Shown here one piece after another: positions 22,184-36,719 of a DNA stretch of 64,000 nt. This stretch comes from Mobula hypostoma (Eukaryota), in the NCBI RefSeq assembly GCF_963921235.1, contig NC_086106.1, positions 19,344,001-19,408,000 of the forward strand, given 5' to 3'. Each line of letters begins with the position of its first letter. The stretch's first letter is position 1. The position numbers and the translations under genes were made by a program. The notes below the pieces were generated by a model. It was given only the letters and a program-made list of their open reading frames with translations, was not told where the DNA came from and made no database searches.

Positions 22184-23150
22184 TGTTACGTACCCTGTAA
22201 CTGGGTTGCCAAACCAGCAGAAATCGACCACTTAGTTGGAGTCTGGATTATTGGAACTAAGAAAGTTTTATTAAAGAAGTAAGTAACACAGTACTCTAAT
22301 AGTAAGGATATAAATGCAACAGGTTAGCAATGATAAAACACATATGTACACAGAACTAGGATAATAGGATCAATCAAGCTCTATCACAGTCTAGGGGTAA
22401 AATGATCAGTCTCAAGTGACGCAGAGTTCAGTTCAATTTAGTTCAGTTTGCAGTAATCGCTGTTGTGCCATTGGGGAGAGAGAGAGAGAGAGAGAGAGTG
22501 AATGATGATACTCAAATCGGATTCAAACAGACCTTTGATATTCCTCGCAGTTAGCTTTCGGGCAAGCCCTTTGTAATGTCTTCTGAGGTCACTGACTGTG
22601 ACCCCTCCGTTCCGGATACGAACGTTCTTCTGCGGTGAACCCGGCACCCAGGCAAGGGCGGACACATACACCAGGTTCCCGCCGATCGTACCTTTCCACC
22701 CTGTGCGTCTATGGTCAGTCCCGTGACCAGACCTCCAAAACTTCCACCAACTTGTGCGGGGGGGGGCACAACGCACTTCCAGGGTCTTGTTATCTCGTGG
22801 TGTCGTGGTGTGTCGCTTGCCTTAGCGAACCTGTTCCTTTTATCCCCCTGTTGGGGTATCGCCTGTCCGTGAAACTTCAATCAGTTCAGGTTCAAAGCAA
22901 CTGGTCTGACAATACTCGGAACTGTGTCTCTTTTCGTTACTCTCTCTCGTCTCTCATTAACATTTCTGAATGTTTCCCCATTGTCTCTCTTATCGGCATC
23001 AATCTTCTGATAACTTGGTCATTTGGTCACACCGTTTATCACACAGAATGAGACAAAATAAATCAAAACCAAAAGGCAGAAGATACAGAAACAGCAAGAC
23101 CCTCTGCTCGTTACAGAGCATTTGCCTCTTGTCAGGAACAGGCTCACGGT
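22184..23150 (-). mobile_element. Probable LTR (solo or truncated) with internal (GA)n at 22476-22498
   Basis: Starts TGTTACG, CGTTACA near other end, minus-strand AATAAA, CpG-richer than flanks; no TSD found. Confidence 0.55.
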
Positions 23151-23329
23151 AATGATGATTGACTGTTACTGATTGATGTATTGATTATGTTATGGGAATG
23201 GTCAGTTCAAATGTATGTACACCTGCACTTTATGTTCTGAAGCAGTTGGGAGACTCCCACCAACAACTGAAAGTGTGTTTGCTCAGACTGAGCACAGAAG
23301 TCCATCCTGATGACTGGAACCATTTCAGA

Positions 23330-25630
23330 ATCTAATGACTGTTGAAAGATCATTACTAATGCCTCCACAGTCTCTTCAGCTCACTCCTTGAGAGCCTTGA
23401 GGTGTCGTCCATCAAGTCCAGGTGATTTAAGTGCCTTCAAACTTTTCAACATCCTAAACACCTTCTCCTTCGTAATAGAAATGACACTCACTTCTGCCCC
23501 CTGACACTCTTACATTTCTGGCATTCTGCTGGTGAGTTCCACAGTGAAGACTAACAGAAAATATTTTCTAAGTTCTCCTGTCATTTCTTTGCCCACATTG
23601 CTACCTTTCCAGCTTAATATTCCAGTGGTCCGATGTCCACTCTGGTCTCTTATTTACTGGATAAATGTATGAAAAAACTTTTGGTATCCTCTTTTATATT
23701 ATTGGCTAGCTTACCTTTATATTTCATCCCTTCTCTCTTTATGTCTTATTTTAGTTGCCTTCAAGTTTAAGTTCAATTATTGTCATTCATCCAGGCGTGA
23801 ATGCCCATCAATATAGACAAACAAAGCAGTGATTCTCCACGGCCAAGGTGCAAAACACAGTACAAACAGTCATACACAGCACAACCTGCATATAGCACAT
23901 ATTAGACAGCAAGCCTTCTGTTGGTTTTTGCTATATTATACGCCCTTTCATTTCCTTTGTGCTGTTTTTGACTTCCTTTCATAGTTATGGTTGTTTCATC
24001 CTCCCTTTAGAATACTTCTTCATCTTTGGGATGCATCTTTCCTATGCCTTCCAAATTTCTCCCAGAAACTCGAGCCTTTTCAATTCTGCAATCATCCCTG
24101 TTACTGACCCCTTCCAATCAACTCCTCTCTCATGCATCTGTAATTCCCTTTACAGCACTATAATACTAATGCAGTACATCTGATTTTAGCTTCTCCTTCT
24201 CAAACTGCAGGGTGAATTTTATTATATTATGATCATTTTTCCTCAGGGTTCTTTACCTTAAGCTCCCAAATCAAATCTGGTTCATTACCCTACACCCAAT
24301 CCAGAATTACTGTTCCACTTTTGGACTCATCCACAAGATGCTCTAAGAATAATCTCATAGGCATTCTACGAATTTCTTCTCTGGGATCCAGCTCCAACCT
24401 CATTTTCCCAATCTATCTACATTTTGAAATCCCCATGATTCTTGTAACTTTCCTCTTTTTACATTCCTTTCCTATTTCCTGTTGTAATTTGTAGCCCACA
24501 TCCTGGCTACTGTTCAGAAGCCTGTATATAACTCCCATCAGGATCCTTTTCCCCTTGTAGTTTCTTAACTCTGTCTACAATGATACTACATCTTCTGGTA
24601 CTATGTCACCTCTTTCTAAAGATTTGTTTTCATTTTTTAGCAACAGAGCCACTTCATTCCCTCTGCCTTTTGATACTATGTATATCTTTGGATGCTATGA
24701 TCTTCTTTCAGCCACGACTCAGTGATGCTCACAAAGTCATACCTGCCTATCTCTAACTGTGCTACAACACCTTATTCCATATACTGTGTGCATTCCAATA
24801 TAACACCTTCAGTCCTGTATTCATCACTCTTTTTGATTTTGGCCCCCTGTTACACTTTAACTTTTGCCTATCATCTGCCTGTCTTCAATTTTGCCTATCA
24901 GCTGCCTGTCCTTTCCTCTCAGCCTCACTATACACCGCATCTAGTTGTATACCAACTTCCCCACCCTCAGTCCTACCACTCTGGTTCCCAGCCCCCTGCC
25001 AAATTAGTTTTAACCCTCCCGAATAGCTCTTGCAAACCTGCCTGCAAAGATACTTGTCAGCTTCGGGTTCAGGTTGTAACCTGTCCTTTTTGTATAGGTC
25101 GTACATTCCTCTGAAGAGATCACAATGGTCCAGAAATCTGAAACACAGACCCTGCACCAATTCTTCTGCCGCACAATCAACTGCCAAGTCATCTTATTCT
25201 TACCCTCACTGGTGCATGGCAGTAATCTAGTGATTACAACCCTGGAGGTCCCGTTCTTCAGCTTTCCATCTAACTCCCTATATTCTCTCTTCAGGACCTC
25301 CTCCTTTTCCTACCTATATCATTGTTACCAACATATACCACGTCTTCCAGCTGTTCACTCTCCCCCTTTAGAATGCTCTCGACCTGATCTGAGACATCCC
25401 TGACCCTGTGACCTATGAAGCAACACACCATCTGGATGTCTCTTTCACATCCATAGAATCTGCTGCCTGCTCCTCTGATTATGGAATCCACTATCACTGC
25501 TGCAATCCTCTTCCACACCCCCACCTTCCCATCTGAGCCATTGGGACAGACTCAGTGCCAGAGAACAGGTCACTGAGGCTGCCTCCTGATAGGCTATCCC
25601 CTCCAACTATATCCAATGCAGTATACTTAT
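23330..25630 (-). mobile_element. Degenerate CR1 including ORF1 SGNH-esterase remnant (approximate)
   Basis: VIVDSIIRG...VVYVGNNDIGRKR at 25291-25524; ORF2 remnants downstream. Confidence 0.75.
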
Positions 25631-26119
25631 TATTATAACTCTGCACCTATTGTCAGAGCATTTGGTCTGTACTAACAGAAAAAATAAATTTACTATAAAC
25701 TTACTCAGAACATACAACTGTGTTTGCCCAAGCCAGTTTTCAAAGAAGCCTGTTTCGTCAAACACTGTTCACTCACACAGTGGCTACTCCACTTTCACCT
25801 TGCTTCCTTTTATTCATCCCTGCGAGGTTCCTAATAGATTGTTATGATTGCAGTCCCAAAAAAACCTGAACACTTTTTAAGTCTTTTGCTGTGTCACCCT
25901 CGAATGACTTTTCGCACTGATTGTAGCCCACCAAAAAGTTCCAAAAGCATCTGAGCTCTTTTTAAACTTTGCACTGCGTCACCAATGAATGACGTCCTGA
26001 AAACACCCATGCTCTTTTTAAACCTTGCGCTGTATCATCAACAAACAACCTCTCACGATGATCGCAGCCCACTGAAAGATAAGCAGTAAAGTCAAGAGCG
26101 AAGGTTATGAAAATTACAG

Positions 26120-26927
26120 TGGAATCTTGTTCAGCTGAGTAAGTGGACTGAAGGGTGGTAAATGGAGTTCTATTCAGGGAAGTGCAAGGTGTAATACTTT
26201 GGAAATTTAAAACAGGTAGGACTTCCACAGTGAACGATAGGGTCCTGGAGGATGTTGTGGAACAGAAAGGCCTTGGAGTTCAAATAGAAAGCTGAAAACA
26301 GGACTTCCAGTGCAGTAATCTTTGGATTTCTGCCTGTGCCACAAACCTTCGAGGATAAAAATAGAATGAGTTGGCAGATGAAAGTATGGTTGAGAAACTG
26401 GTACAGGGGGCAGGATTTCAGATTTCTGGATAAAAGATTATAGTTGGGAGCTTAGCATCCAAGGATACACATTGTATCAAAAAGATAGGTAAGTAGGCAG
26501 AGGGTTGACATGGAAGATGTAGAAACATTGTGGGTAGTGTTAAGGAACTACAAAGGTAAAAAGTTCCTGAAGGGAGTTAAATACAGATTTCTGAACGGCA
26601 GCCAGGATGTGGGCGACAAATTACAATGGGAGATATAAATCACAAGTTAAAAGAGCAAAGTTATGATAGTCATAGATTGGGAAAATCAGGTTTGTTGCTG
26701 AATTTAGATTCCAAGAGAGAGAATTTGTGGAATGCCTGTGAGATGGATTTTTATAGCAGCTTCTGTTTGAGCCCACTAGGGGATCAAATATTCTGGATTG
26801 TGTGTTGTGTGATGAACCAGATTTGATTTGGGAGCTCAAGGTAAAGGAACCCTTAGGAGCCAGTTATCAAATTATGATAGAATTCACTGCGCAATTTGAA
26901 AGGGAGCAGCAAGTCAGATTTATCAGA
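26120..26927 (+). mobile_element. Rearranged CR1 fragments (approximate)
   Basis: Pieces resembling CR1 RT and endonuclease regions in non-colinear order. Confidence 0.55.
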
Positions 26928-29900
26928 ACATAGAAGAGTACAGCACAGGAACGGACCTTCAACCCACAATGTTGTGCCGAACCAGCTAAAAAGCATATCA
27001 AAAATCCCCTAAAACTAATCCCTCCTACCTACACAATGTCTATATCCATCCATTTTCCTCATATTCATGTACCTATCCAGAAGTCTGGTAAAAGTCTCTA
27101 ATGTATTTGCCTCTGCCACCATACATCTCTCATAATCTTGTAAACCTCAGCCTCCGCCACTCCAAAAATAAACAACCTAAGTTTGTTTAGCCTCTCATGA
27201 TAGCACATTCCCTCAAAACCGGACAGCAATCTGTTAAACCTCTTCTGCACCCTCTCCAAAGCCTCAATATCCTTCCTGTAGTGGGGTGACCAGAAATGTG
27301 TCCAATCCTCCAGATGTGTCCTAACCAGAATTTCATCAAATTGCAACATAACCCCTTAACTTTTGAACTCAATGCCTTGACGAATAAAAGCAAGCATTCC
27401 ATAAGCCTTCTTAACCACCCTATCCACCAGTGTCGCCGCTTTCAAGGAGATATGAACTTGGACCCTAAAATCTCTCTGCCCAGCAACACTAGTAAGGCTC
27501 TTGCCCTTAACAGTGTACTGTCTCCTTGCATTTGCCTTACCGAGTTGCAACACCTCACCTTTATCTGGGTTAAGCTCCATCTGCGAATTCTCTGCCCATA
27601 TCTATATCGTGCTCTATTCTTTGCCAGCCTTCTACACTATCCACAACTGCATGAGTTTTGACACTATCTGCAAACTTACTAACCCACCCATCTACATTTT
27701 CATCCAGGTCATTTATACACAGTACGTCACAAACAACGGAAGTATCAGCACAGTTCCCTGCGGAAAACCACTAATTACAGACCTCCAGCTCAAATAAGTC
27801 CCTTTGACCAATACCCTCAGTCTTCTCTGCTCAAGCGACTTCTGAATTGAAACATCCAATTTGCCATGGACCCCTTGCATCCTAATCTTCCAGGTTAGCC
27901 TCCCAGGAGAGACTTTATCAAACGCCTTACTAAAACCCATGTGGACAACATCCACTGTTCTACCTTGATCAGTCAGTCTTGTCACCTTGTCAAAAAACTC
28001 AATCAAGTTGCTAAGGCATGATCTGCCCTGCACAATGCCATGCTGGCTCTCTGTAGTTAGGCCATGGGTTTCCAAATGCTCATAGATCCTATTGCTAAGA
28101 ATTTTCTCCAGCAATTTCCCTACAACTGATGTGAGACTCCCTGTTCTATAGTTCGCAGGATTTTCCTTTGTTCCCTCCTTAAATAGAGGTACAACATTAG
28201 CTAATTGCCAGTCATCAGGGACCTTGCCTGTGCCTAGAGAGGAAACAAAGATACTGGTTAAGGGCGGAGCAATCTTCCTCAATAACCTTGGGTAAATTCC
28301 ATCAGGCCCTGGGGACTTATCCACTTTAATACTCATTAGTATAGACAACACTGCCTTCTCCTTAATCTCTAAATTCCATAACGTATCTATACACTCAGCT
28401 CTGATCTCCTGCTCCTCCATGTCATTTTCCTTGGGAAATACTGAAGCAAAGTACTCATTCAGTACCTCACTCACCTTCTCCACATCCAAGCAAATGTTCC
28501 CCACTTTATCCATGAGTAGCCCTACCTTCTCCCTAGTTATCCTCTTGTTCTTGATGTATGTGTGGAATACCTTAGGATTCAGCTTAATCCTACTTCCCAA
28601 GGACTTTTCATGGCCCCTCCTAGCTTTCCGAATTCCTTTCTTTTGTTCATTTCTGGTTTCTTTATACACCTCAGGCGCTTTGTTTGATTCAGACTTTTGA
28701 ACCTTTACATGCTTTTCCCTTCTTGACAAAATTCATCATCTCTCATGACATCCAAAGTTCTCTTATCTTTCCATCTCTGCCTTTCCTTCTAACAGGAACA
28801 TACATTTACTGTACTCTGTGCAATTGGTCTTTAAACACCCTCAATTGATCTTTAAACACTGTCCACATGTCTGATGTGGACTTGCCAGAAAAAAAGGTTT
28901 TCCCAAATAACACTTCTTAGTTCCTGCCTAATGCTCCCATAATTTGCCCTTATCCAATTTAAGAATCTCCTGCAATGACCATAGCTGTCCTTATCTATCG
29001 CTATTCTGAAAGTTAAGGAGTTGTGGTCACTGTTCCCTAACTGCTCATCCACTGAGAGGTTAATAACCTGGCCAGGTTCATTACCCAACACCAGGACCAG
29101 TACAGCCCCTCCTCTTGTTCCACCGTCTTGTGGTTGCACCTTTCCTATTCTTGAGTTCCACCCAAATGGACACAGTGTCTGATCCCTCCATTATGTTTCC
29201 CTTCAGTGCAGCTGTGATATTGTCCCTTAGTGGCGTCCACCCCCCACCCCCCCGGCACCTTCCATCCTTCTCTATCTTTTCTAAAACTTTGAAAACCTGG
29301 TACATTAATCACCAATTCCTGCCCCTCTCTCAACCAAGTCTCTGTAATGGCCACATCATAGCTCCATGTCCCGATCCATGCTCTAGGTTCATCCACTTTA
29401 CCGATAATACTCCTCGCAGTAAAACACAGACACTTCAAACTGTGCATCTCATCATACCAGGGTAATTTCGATTTTGCATATCAGTACTTCCCCTGACATC
29501 TAACCTCTGGTCCAGTACTTCAGTTACTGAACTGGTGCTCGGTTTCCCGACACTGTAAACTCTCCCAAGTAGCATTAGCAAACGTCCTGGCCAGGATATT
29601 CATTCCCCTCCAGTCCAGGTGGAACTTGTCTCTTATCCAGGTCAGGCCTTCCCCAGAAAAGGTCCCAATGATCCAAGAACTTTAAACCTTGCCCCCTGCA
29701 CCACCTGCCCCCCTCAGCCACTCATTCATCTGTGCTATCATCCCATTCCTACCAGCACTAGTCCGTACATCGGGAGTAATCCGGAGATTACTATCTTGGG
29801 GGTCCTTCCCTTCAGCCTCTTTCCGAACCCTACATACTAACATTTGCCAGTGTTTTTGGATCATAACCTCTAGCTGTTCATATTCCCCTTTGGGAACATC

Positions 29901-30330
29901 CTGTCATCTCTCTGATACATCCTGGACCCTAGCATCCGGAAGGGAACGCACCACCCGGATGTCGATTTTGCGGCGATAGGTCCCCTCTCTCTACCCTTAA
30001 CTGTCAAATCCCTCACCACTTCCGCACTGCCTGAATTTACCCTTCCCCGCTGAGCCTCAGAGCCGGCCACAGTGCCACTAGCCTGGCTGCTGCTGCTGTG
30101 CCCTGATGGGTCATCACCCACAGCAGTATCCAAAGAGGTATACATTGCTGAGGGGAATGGCCACAGGGGAACCTTGCAATGACTGCTGAATCCCCTTAAC
30201 TCTCCTGGTGGTCACCCATTTACTGTGTGAAGCCTCTATTCTGGGTGTGACCATCTCTTCAATAGTCTCATCTATAATGTCTTCAGCCTCCTGGATGATT
30301 CTGAGGACATCCAACTCCAGCTCCAGTGGA
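26928..30330 (-). mobile_element. Near full-length degenerate CR1
   Basis: ORF1 (PVAIPLSN), endonuclease (CFTARSI..YDVAITETW), RT (KSPGPDGIYPR, FSKAFDK) in order; 3' tail at 26928. Confidence 0.9.
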
Positions 30331-32400
30331 GTATTACACTGGGGTAAAGGGAATTACAGAGTCATAAGAGAGGAGTTAGCCAACGTTGAATGGAAGGGGA
30401 CACTAACAGGGATGATGGCAGAGGAGCAATGGCAAGTATTCTGGAGGCAGGATGACATTCCATGGCTGACAAGGCAAGTCAAAGCCAACTTGAAAGCAAA
30501 AGAAAGGGCCTATAATAGAGCAACAACTAGTGGGAAGTTAGAGGATTGGGATGCTTTAAAAAACAACAGAAGGCAACTAAAAAAGCCGTAAGGGGAGAAA
30601 AGGTGAAATATGAAGGTAACCTGGCAAATAATATCAAAGGGGATACCAAAAGATTTTTCAGATATAGAAAGTGTGAAAGTGAGGCAAGAGTAGATAGCAG
30701 AATGCTGGAAAATAACACTGGAGACGTAGTAATGGGAGATAAGGAAATGGTGGATGAACTGTATAAATGTTTTCCATCAGTCTTCACTGTAGAACACACT
30801 AGCAGTTTGCCAGAGGTTTGAGAGTGTCCTGGGGCATAAGGGAAAAGGTGCTTGAGAAGCTGAAAGGTCTGAAGGTAAATGAGCCACCTGGACCAGATGG
30901 ACTACTCCCTGGATTTCTGAAAGAGGCAGGTGAATTGATTGTGAAGATATTAACAATGATTTTTCAAGAATCACTAGATTCTGGCATGGTTCTAGAGGAG
31001 TGGAAAGTTGCAAATGTCACTCCACTCTTCAAGAAAGGAGAGAGACAAAAGAAAGCATATTATAGGTCAGTTAGCCTGGCCTGAGTGGCTGGGAAGATAT
31101 TGGAGTCGGTTGTTGAGAATGATGTTTCAAGGTCCTTGGAGACATGTAATAAAATAGCCAAGTCAGCATAGTTTCCTTCAGAGGAAATCTTGTCTGACAA
31201 ATCCATTGGAATTCTTTGAGGAAGTAACAAACAGGATAGACAAAGGAGAGCCGGTGGATATTGTGTTCTTGAATTTTAAAAAGGTCTTTGACAAGGTGAC
31301 ACACATGAGGCTGCTTAGCAAGATAAGAACCATGGTATTACAGGAAAGATACTAGCATGGATAGAGCAATGGCTGACTGGCAGGAGACAAAGAGTGGGAA
31401 TAAAGGGAACCTTTTCTGATTGGCTGCCAGTGACTAATGGTGTTCCACAGGGGTCAGTATTGCGACCGCTTCTTTCTACATTGTGTCAATGACTTGGATG
31501 ACAGAATTGATGGCTTTTTGGTCAAGTTTGCGGACAATACGAAGGTATGTAGGTGGAGGGACAGGTAGTGTTGAGGAAGCAGGTAGGCTGCAGAAGGATT
31601 TAGATTAGTGAATGGACAGAGAAATGTCGGATGGAATATACTGTTGGGAAGTGTATAATCATGCACCTTGGTAGAAGGAATAAAAGCGTAAACTGTTTCT
31701 AAATGGGGAGAATACTCAAAAATCCAAGATGCAAAGGGGCTTCAAAGGGACTTAGGAGTTCACGTGCAGAATTCCCTAAAGTTTAAATTGTAGGTCAGTG
31801 GTGAGGAAAGCAAATACAATGTTACCATTCATTTCAGAGGACTAGAATATAAAAACAAGGATGTAATTCTTGATAAGGCATTGGTGTAGCCCCACTCGGA
31901 GAGTTGAGAGCAGCTTTGGGCCCCTTATCTAAGTAAGGATGTGTTGACATTGGACAGAGTTCAAAGGAGGTTCATGAAAATGACTCCTAGATTGAAAGGT
32001 TTATCGTATGAGGAGCATTTGATAGCTCTGGGAATGTACTCTGTGGAATTTAGAAGAATAGAGGGAGTATCTGATTGATATCTATCGAATGTTGAAAGGC
32101 CTAGATAAGAATGCATGTGCAGAGGATGTTCCCCACAGTGGGGGAGGCTGGGTCCAAAGGGTACAACTTCAGAATAGAAGGACGTCTATTTCATACAGAG
32201 ATGAGGAACAATTTCTTTAGCAACTATGGAGGCCAGATCACTGAGTGTGTTTAAAATGGAGGTTGATAAATTCTGGTTAAGTCAGGGTGTGAAAGATTAT
32301 GGGGAGAAGGGAAGAGAATGGGGTTGATAGGGAAATGGATCAGCCATGATCAAATGGCGGATCAGACCGAATCAGCTGAATGGCCTAATTCTGCTCCAAT
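30331..32400 (+). mobile_element. 5'-truncated degenerate CR1
   Basis: PGPDGLLPGFLKE, WKVANVTPLFKKG and downstream RT/3' end. Confidence 0.85.
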
Positions 32401-32419
32401 ATGTCACTGAAAGTGGAGT

Positions 32420-32975
32420 CACATGTAGACAGGGTGGTGGAGAAGACTGTTGGTATTGTGTGTAAAAATTGGGAGCACATGATGGCATTGTACAAGGTGC
32501 TGGTGAGGTTGTATTTGGAGTATTTTGTTCAGTTTTTATTCATCCTGCTGGTGAAAAGATGTTATTAATCTGGAAAGAGTTCAGAAAAGATTTACAAGGA
32601 TGTTGCCATGACTGAGTTAAAGGGAGAGGTTGTCTCGACTAGGACTTTCATTGGAGTGAATATACAAATTGCAGAACATATAATTTATTCACAGTCGCTG
32701 TGAGGAGTCAAACTAACAGTGAGATGGATGTCTTTCTGCTACTGTACTTGATTATTAAATCTCTAGCAATCTCCAGCTTAGATCTGGTGTAAAACTCTGG
32801 CTTGCAGGAGACTGAGTGTAGATTTTGTAGAGATGCAAAAATCAAGAGGGAAATGGATAGGAAAAGTTCCCACAAAATGCTGTCAATGTGACTAGCTTGG
32901 ATAGGCATCTTGGTCAGCATGGACGAATTGGGCCAAAGGGCCTGCTTCCATGATCCTTGATTCTCTGACTCTACA
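32420..32975 (+). mobile_element. CR1 3' fragments (approximate)
   Basis: Similar to other CR1 3' regions in window. Confidence 0.6.
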
Positions 32976-33049
32976 AATACATGTGCAATTTACTGTGAAC
33001 AATTAACCTACCAACAATTGTGCATTTAGGATGCGAAAGAAAGACGTAT

Positions 33050-34240
33050 TCCAATGTGATATATTCATCTGAAGAGCTCCTTCAGACTCAGGAACTCCTG
33101 ATGGTCTGGAATCCTCCTGTGCACTGTTTTAACCTCCACACACTTCGTCAGACTGATACACTGACACCCAGTGGCTGTCGGTCGGTATTACAACAGTCAG
33201 TTTGACTGAAGCCTGAATATTTGGAGGTGTTCCTCTGACCCCTAGTGGTTTCAGTTTATCACTACAAGGTAACACAGGCTTCCAGTCAAATTGTCTTCAA
33301 TCCAGACACAAGAGTGTGTTAATGGTGGGATCTGGAGCTGCACGCAATCGACTGGAGAAACTCAGCTGATTGAGCAACATCGATGGAAAGAAGCTGTTGA
33401 ATCCCTGAATGAGGACAGTCCGTGAGCATCTGGGTTACAACAGACAAAATGAATTTACCGAAGTAAAGAAAACCTGCTGATGTTGCAAATCAGAAGGAAA
33501 AACTCTTGGAAGCACTGGACAGGCAATATACATTGTACATCAGTAGTGGAGGGAATGAAATGGAGTGTCAGTGAGTAGACCAGATACTGTACATCTCCAA
33601 ATGTGCCAACTCATGGATGTCAACGATCGTCAACACAACTGTAAAATAGTAAAAACAGAGTCCAACGAACAAGAGCTCAGATCAAAGCTCTATTGAAGAT
33701 ACCATATAAATGCAAATTATTTCAAGGTAATGATGTATTGACAGAAAAAGCCAGTGAGTGAAAGCAGGAATTGTATAAAATGTCCCATCAGTGAGATACT
33801 AAGTGATGAATGAAAACCCTGTCCTTCCCTGTCTGTCACTTTCAGTGTGACAAATTCATCTGAAGAGCTCCTGTAGTCTCAGGACCTTCTGGCACAGTGG
33901 AATCCTCCTGTGCACTGTTTCACCCACACCGTCCAGCAGTGTCTCTGTGCCTGACTGTTACACTGACACTCAGAGACTGTCAGTTACTATTACAGCAGCC
34001 AGTTTATCTGAATCCTCAATATCTGGAGTGTTCCTCTTGACTCCTAGTGGTTGCAGTTATTATTGCAGGGTAACAAATTGTTCGAATCAAATCAGCTTCA
34101 GAGAAAATTCGCATCTGAACTCCAACAGGAAGAATGAAATCATCACTGAAAGACAACTAACTGCACATGTTGCAAATAGGAGATAAAAACTACTGGAATT
34201 ACAGGACAGGCCGTATCTGTGCAGAGAAACAAACTAATAT
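33050..34240 (+). repeat. Old local direct duplication, ~800-bp period (33050-33560 / 33845-34240)
   Basis: Shared blocks ttcatctgaagagctcc, ggaatcctcctgtgcactgttt, cctagtggtt.cagtt, ggtaaca, atgttgcaaat. Confidence 0.8.
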
Positions 34241-34299
34241 CACAAGCTTTTCACCAGAGCTGAGGAAATTAGACATTTTAAGGTTGAATACTAAGTGCA

Positions 34300-35480
34300 G
34301 TATCAGAAAAAAGTCCACCTCACTCTAATGTCCACTCTCCACGATGACCAAGAGACCATGGCACTGCTGCTTGATCTCCCTTAAAATTTACTTGTCAGAA
34401 ATAAACAATTCCCCTGGGGTCTCATTAGGGTTGGGGAGTTTGGAAGGAATGATGTGTATGGGAGTATCTGAGTAGATCAGGAAGAGAGAGAAAAGGGGAA
34501 AGAGGAGGAGAAGTTCACCTGAAATTGGAGACTTCAATATTCTTGTTATCGGATTGTAGATACCTCAAGTGCAATATGAGATTCTATTCCTCTGGCTTGC
34601 TTTAGCCTCACTGATGCACTGAATGATTCCAAGGCTTGGATTGGCAATGGGGAGAGGAATTAAAATGGCTGCAAGTGGGAGCTATCGATGGCCATTGTGT
34701 CTGGAGTGCAGGTGTTTGTTAAAGTGGTTCCCTAGTCGGCACCTGGGTCACCTTGAGAGCACTGAATGCAATAGTCAACAATGGATGAGGTGCATGGAAA
34801 CCTGAGCCTCACTGGAAAGACTGTTTCGGTGATTGAATGGTGGTGAGGAGGTGTAGGGACAGGTGTTACACCATCACCAATTGCAGGGGAAATGCCTGGG
34901 GAGGGTGAGTTGTCAACAAACCAGTGAATCACAGAGAGGGTGGTCCCCGTGGAGAGCAAATAGGTGGGGAGGGGAAGATGTGATTGATGGTGGGATCACA
35001 TTGTAGCTGTTGGAAATGTTTAGAATGAATTGCTGGAGGTGAAGCCTGGTGGGATGGAAGGTGAGGAAACTCTCTCACTGTTCTGTCTGAGGGAGATGGA
35101 GGTTCAGTGCTGAACTGCTGGAAATGGAGGAGATGTGGGTCGGGTCTCTCAACCACAGCATGAGAGTGAGCTGAAAGCTGCTCTTTCTGAAAAGACGACA
35201 TTTCAGATGTCCTGAAGAACAGATACTGTAGAGATAGAAAACTGAGAGAAAGGAATGGCATCCGTACATGAAAGAATTTGATCAGAAGTGTCGTTCTGGT
35301 GGTTATGGGAGTTAATCATTTTGTAGTAATTGTAAATGGACCAAGAAAGGGGAAGTTGATGTCAGAAATGGTCCAAGTGAATCTGAGGTTTTTGAGGGAA
35401 ATGGGTAATCAACATTTTGGATGACGGCTCTTCACCTCAACTGAAAGAGTGGAACAGAGATCACCAGTATAAAGAGGTGA
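34300..35480 (-). mobile_element. Penelope-like element fragment (RT C-terminus to GIY-YIG region; approximate)
   Basis: HFQQLQCDPTINHIFPSPP and VDYCIQCSQ motifs. Confidence 0.7.
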
Positions 35481-36024
35481 GAGAGTGGGCTGGAACCAGA
35501 GCTAGTTATCTTTGGATCTCCTTTAGTGAAGAGAGATCCCAGATGTCTGCAAAATTGCTAATGTTTTTCTTTGTACAAGGGCAATCTGTTTCTCTGGTTC
35601 ACTTACCTGCCCTCTCTATTACCATTGCAAAGTCAGTGCTACAGTACTTCAAAAAATTTATTCACAGCAATTTCAAACTAACTGGAAAAACATCCAACAG
35701 TGAACAGTTATTTTCAGCCTAATGGACACAGAGACATGGTGTACAAAGCCACCCACTGGTGAGGGGTTGACGTACACACATTGAAGGATCGGTCCAGGTA
35801 CACTGTGAAAGTCTGCAGAACCCCAGCAAGTTGCACAGAATCCCCTCACTTCACCCGATGGAGAGTGTCCCGAGGAGGAAGTCAAGAACTCCAAAGCTCT
35901 CAGGGAATGGAGGAATATAACCTGTTTGTAATCCTGACAAATCAATAAGCAACACACACAAAATTCTGCAGAAACTCAGCAAGTCGGGTCCATTGATGCT
36001 GCCAGGTACTCACTACTCTCAGTG

Positions 36025-36708
36025 TGGAGGGAGGAGAAGATGGTGGCGTAAGGCAGCGCGCGCGGCGTCTCCGGTGAATGATACTGGTATTTGTAAGTAG
36101 GATGCCGTGCACAATTCAGATTTGATGGAGGCAGATGTGAGAAGCATGCAGGAACATCTGGAGTAACTTCTGAAATGACCGGTTCACTGCCGCTGCTACT
36201 GTGCAATTGAGTATCTCCGGAGGGGAAGGCCCCAAATCCTCGGCTTTGCCTGTTGCTGGTGGCCGAGGCTGGGGTCGAAGCGCTCAGCAGAGATGGTGCT
36301 CGATGCTTGGTGTCGGAGGGGTGGTCAGAGGCTGGAAGTTTTCGGACGGACTCAGAGTCGGACTGTGGTCAGGTGCTTCCAGGGTGCTGCATCAGCAAGT
36401 TCGCGGTGCTGGAAGCTCATGGCAGGGAGAGTTTTCTTCCTTCTACTATCTGCGTGAGATAATGGGACTTTCCAGAGACTCTGAGACTTTTTTATACTGT
36501 GCCCATGGTCTGTTCTCTATCAAATTATGGTATTGCTTTGCACTACTGTAACTATATGTTATAATTATGTGGTTTTTGTCAGTTTTTCAGTCTTGGTCTG
36601 TCCTGTGTTTCTGTGATATCACACTGGAGGAACATTGTATCATTTCTTAATGCATGCAGTACTAAATGATAATAAAAGAGGACTGCGTGTCCTCATAATC
36701 TAATCTAA
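36025..36708 (+). mobile_element. ~680-bp non-coding retroposon-like element, copy 2
   Basis: Colinear with 14808-15486; (ATCTA)n-like tail. Confidence 0.75.
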
Positions 36709-36719
36709 AAAAGTTAACT

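Noticed and set aside
22184-23150. Intact solo LTR with TSD
   Set aside because: No matching 4-6 bp flanks for either candidate end; kept only as a probable LTR
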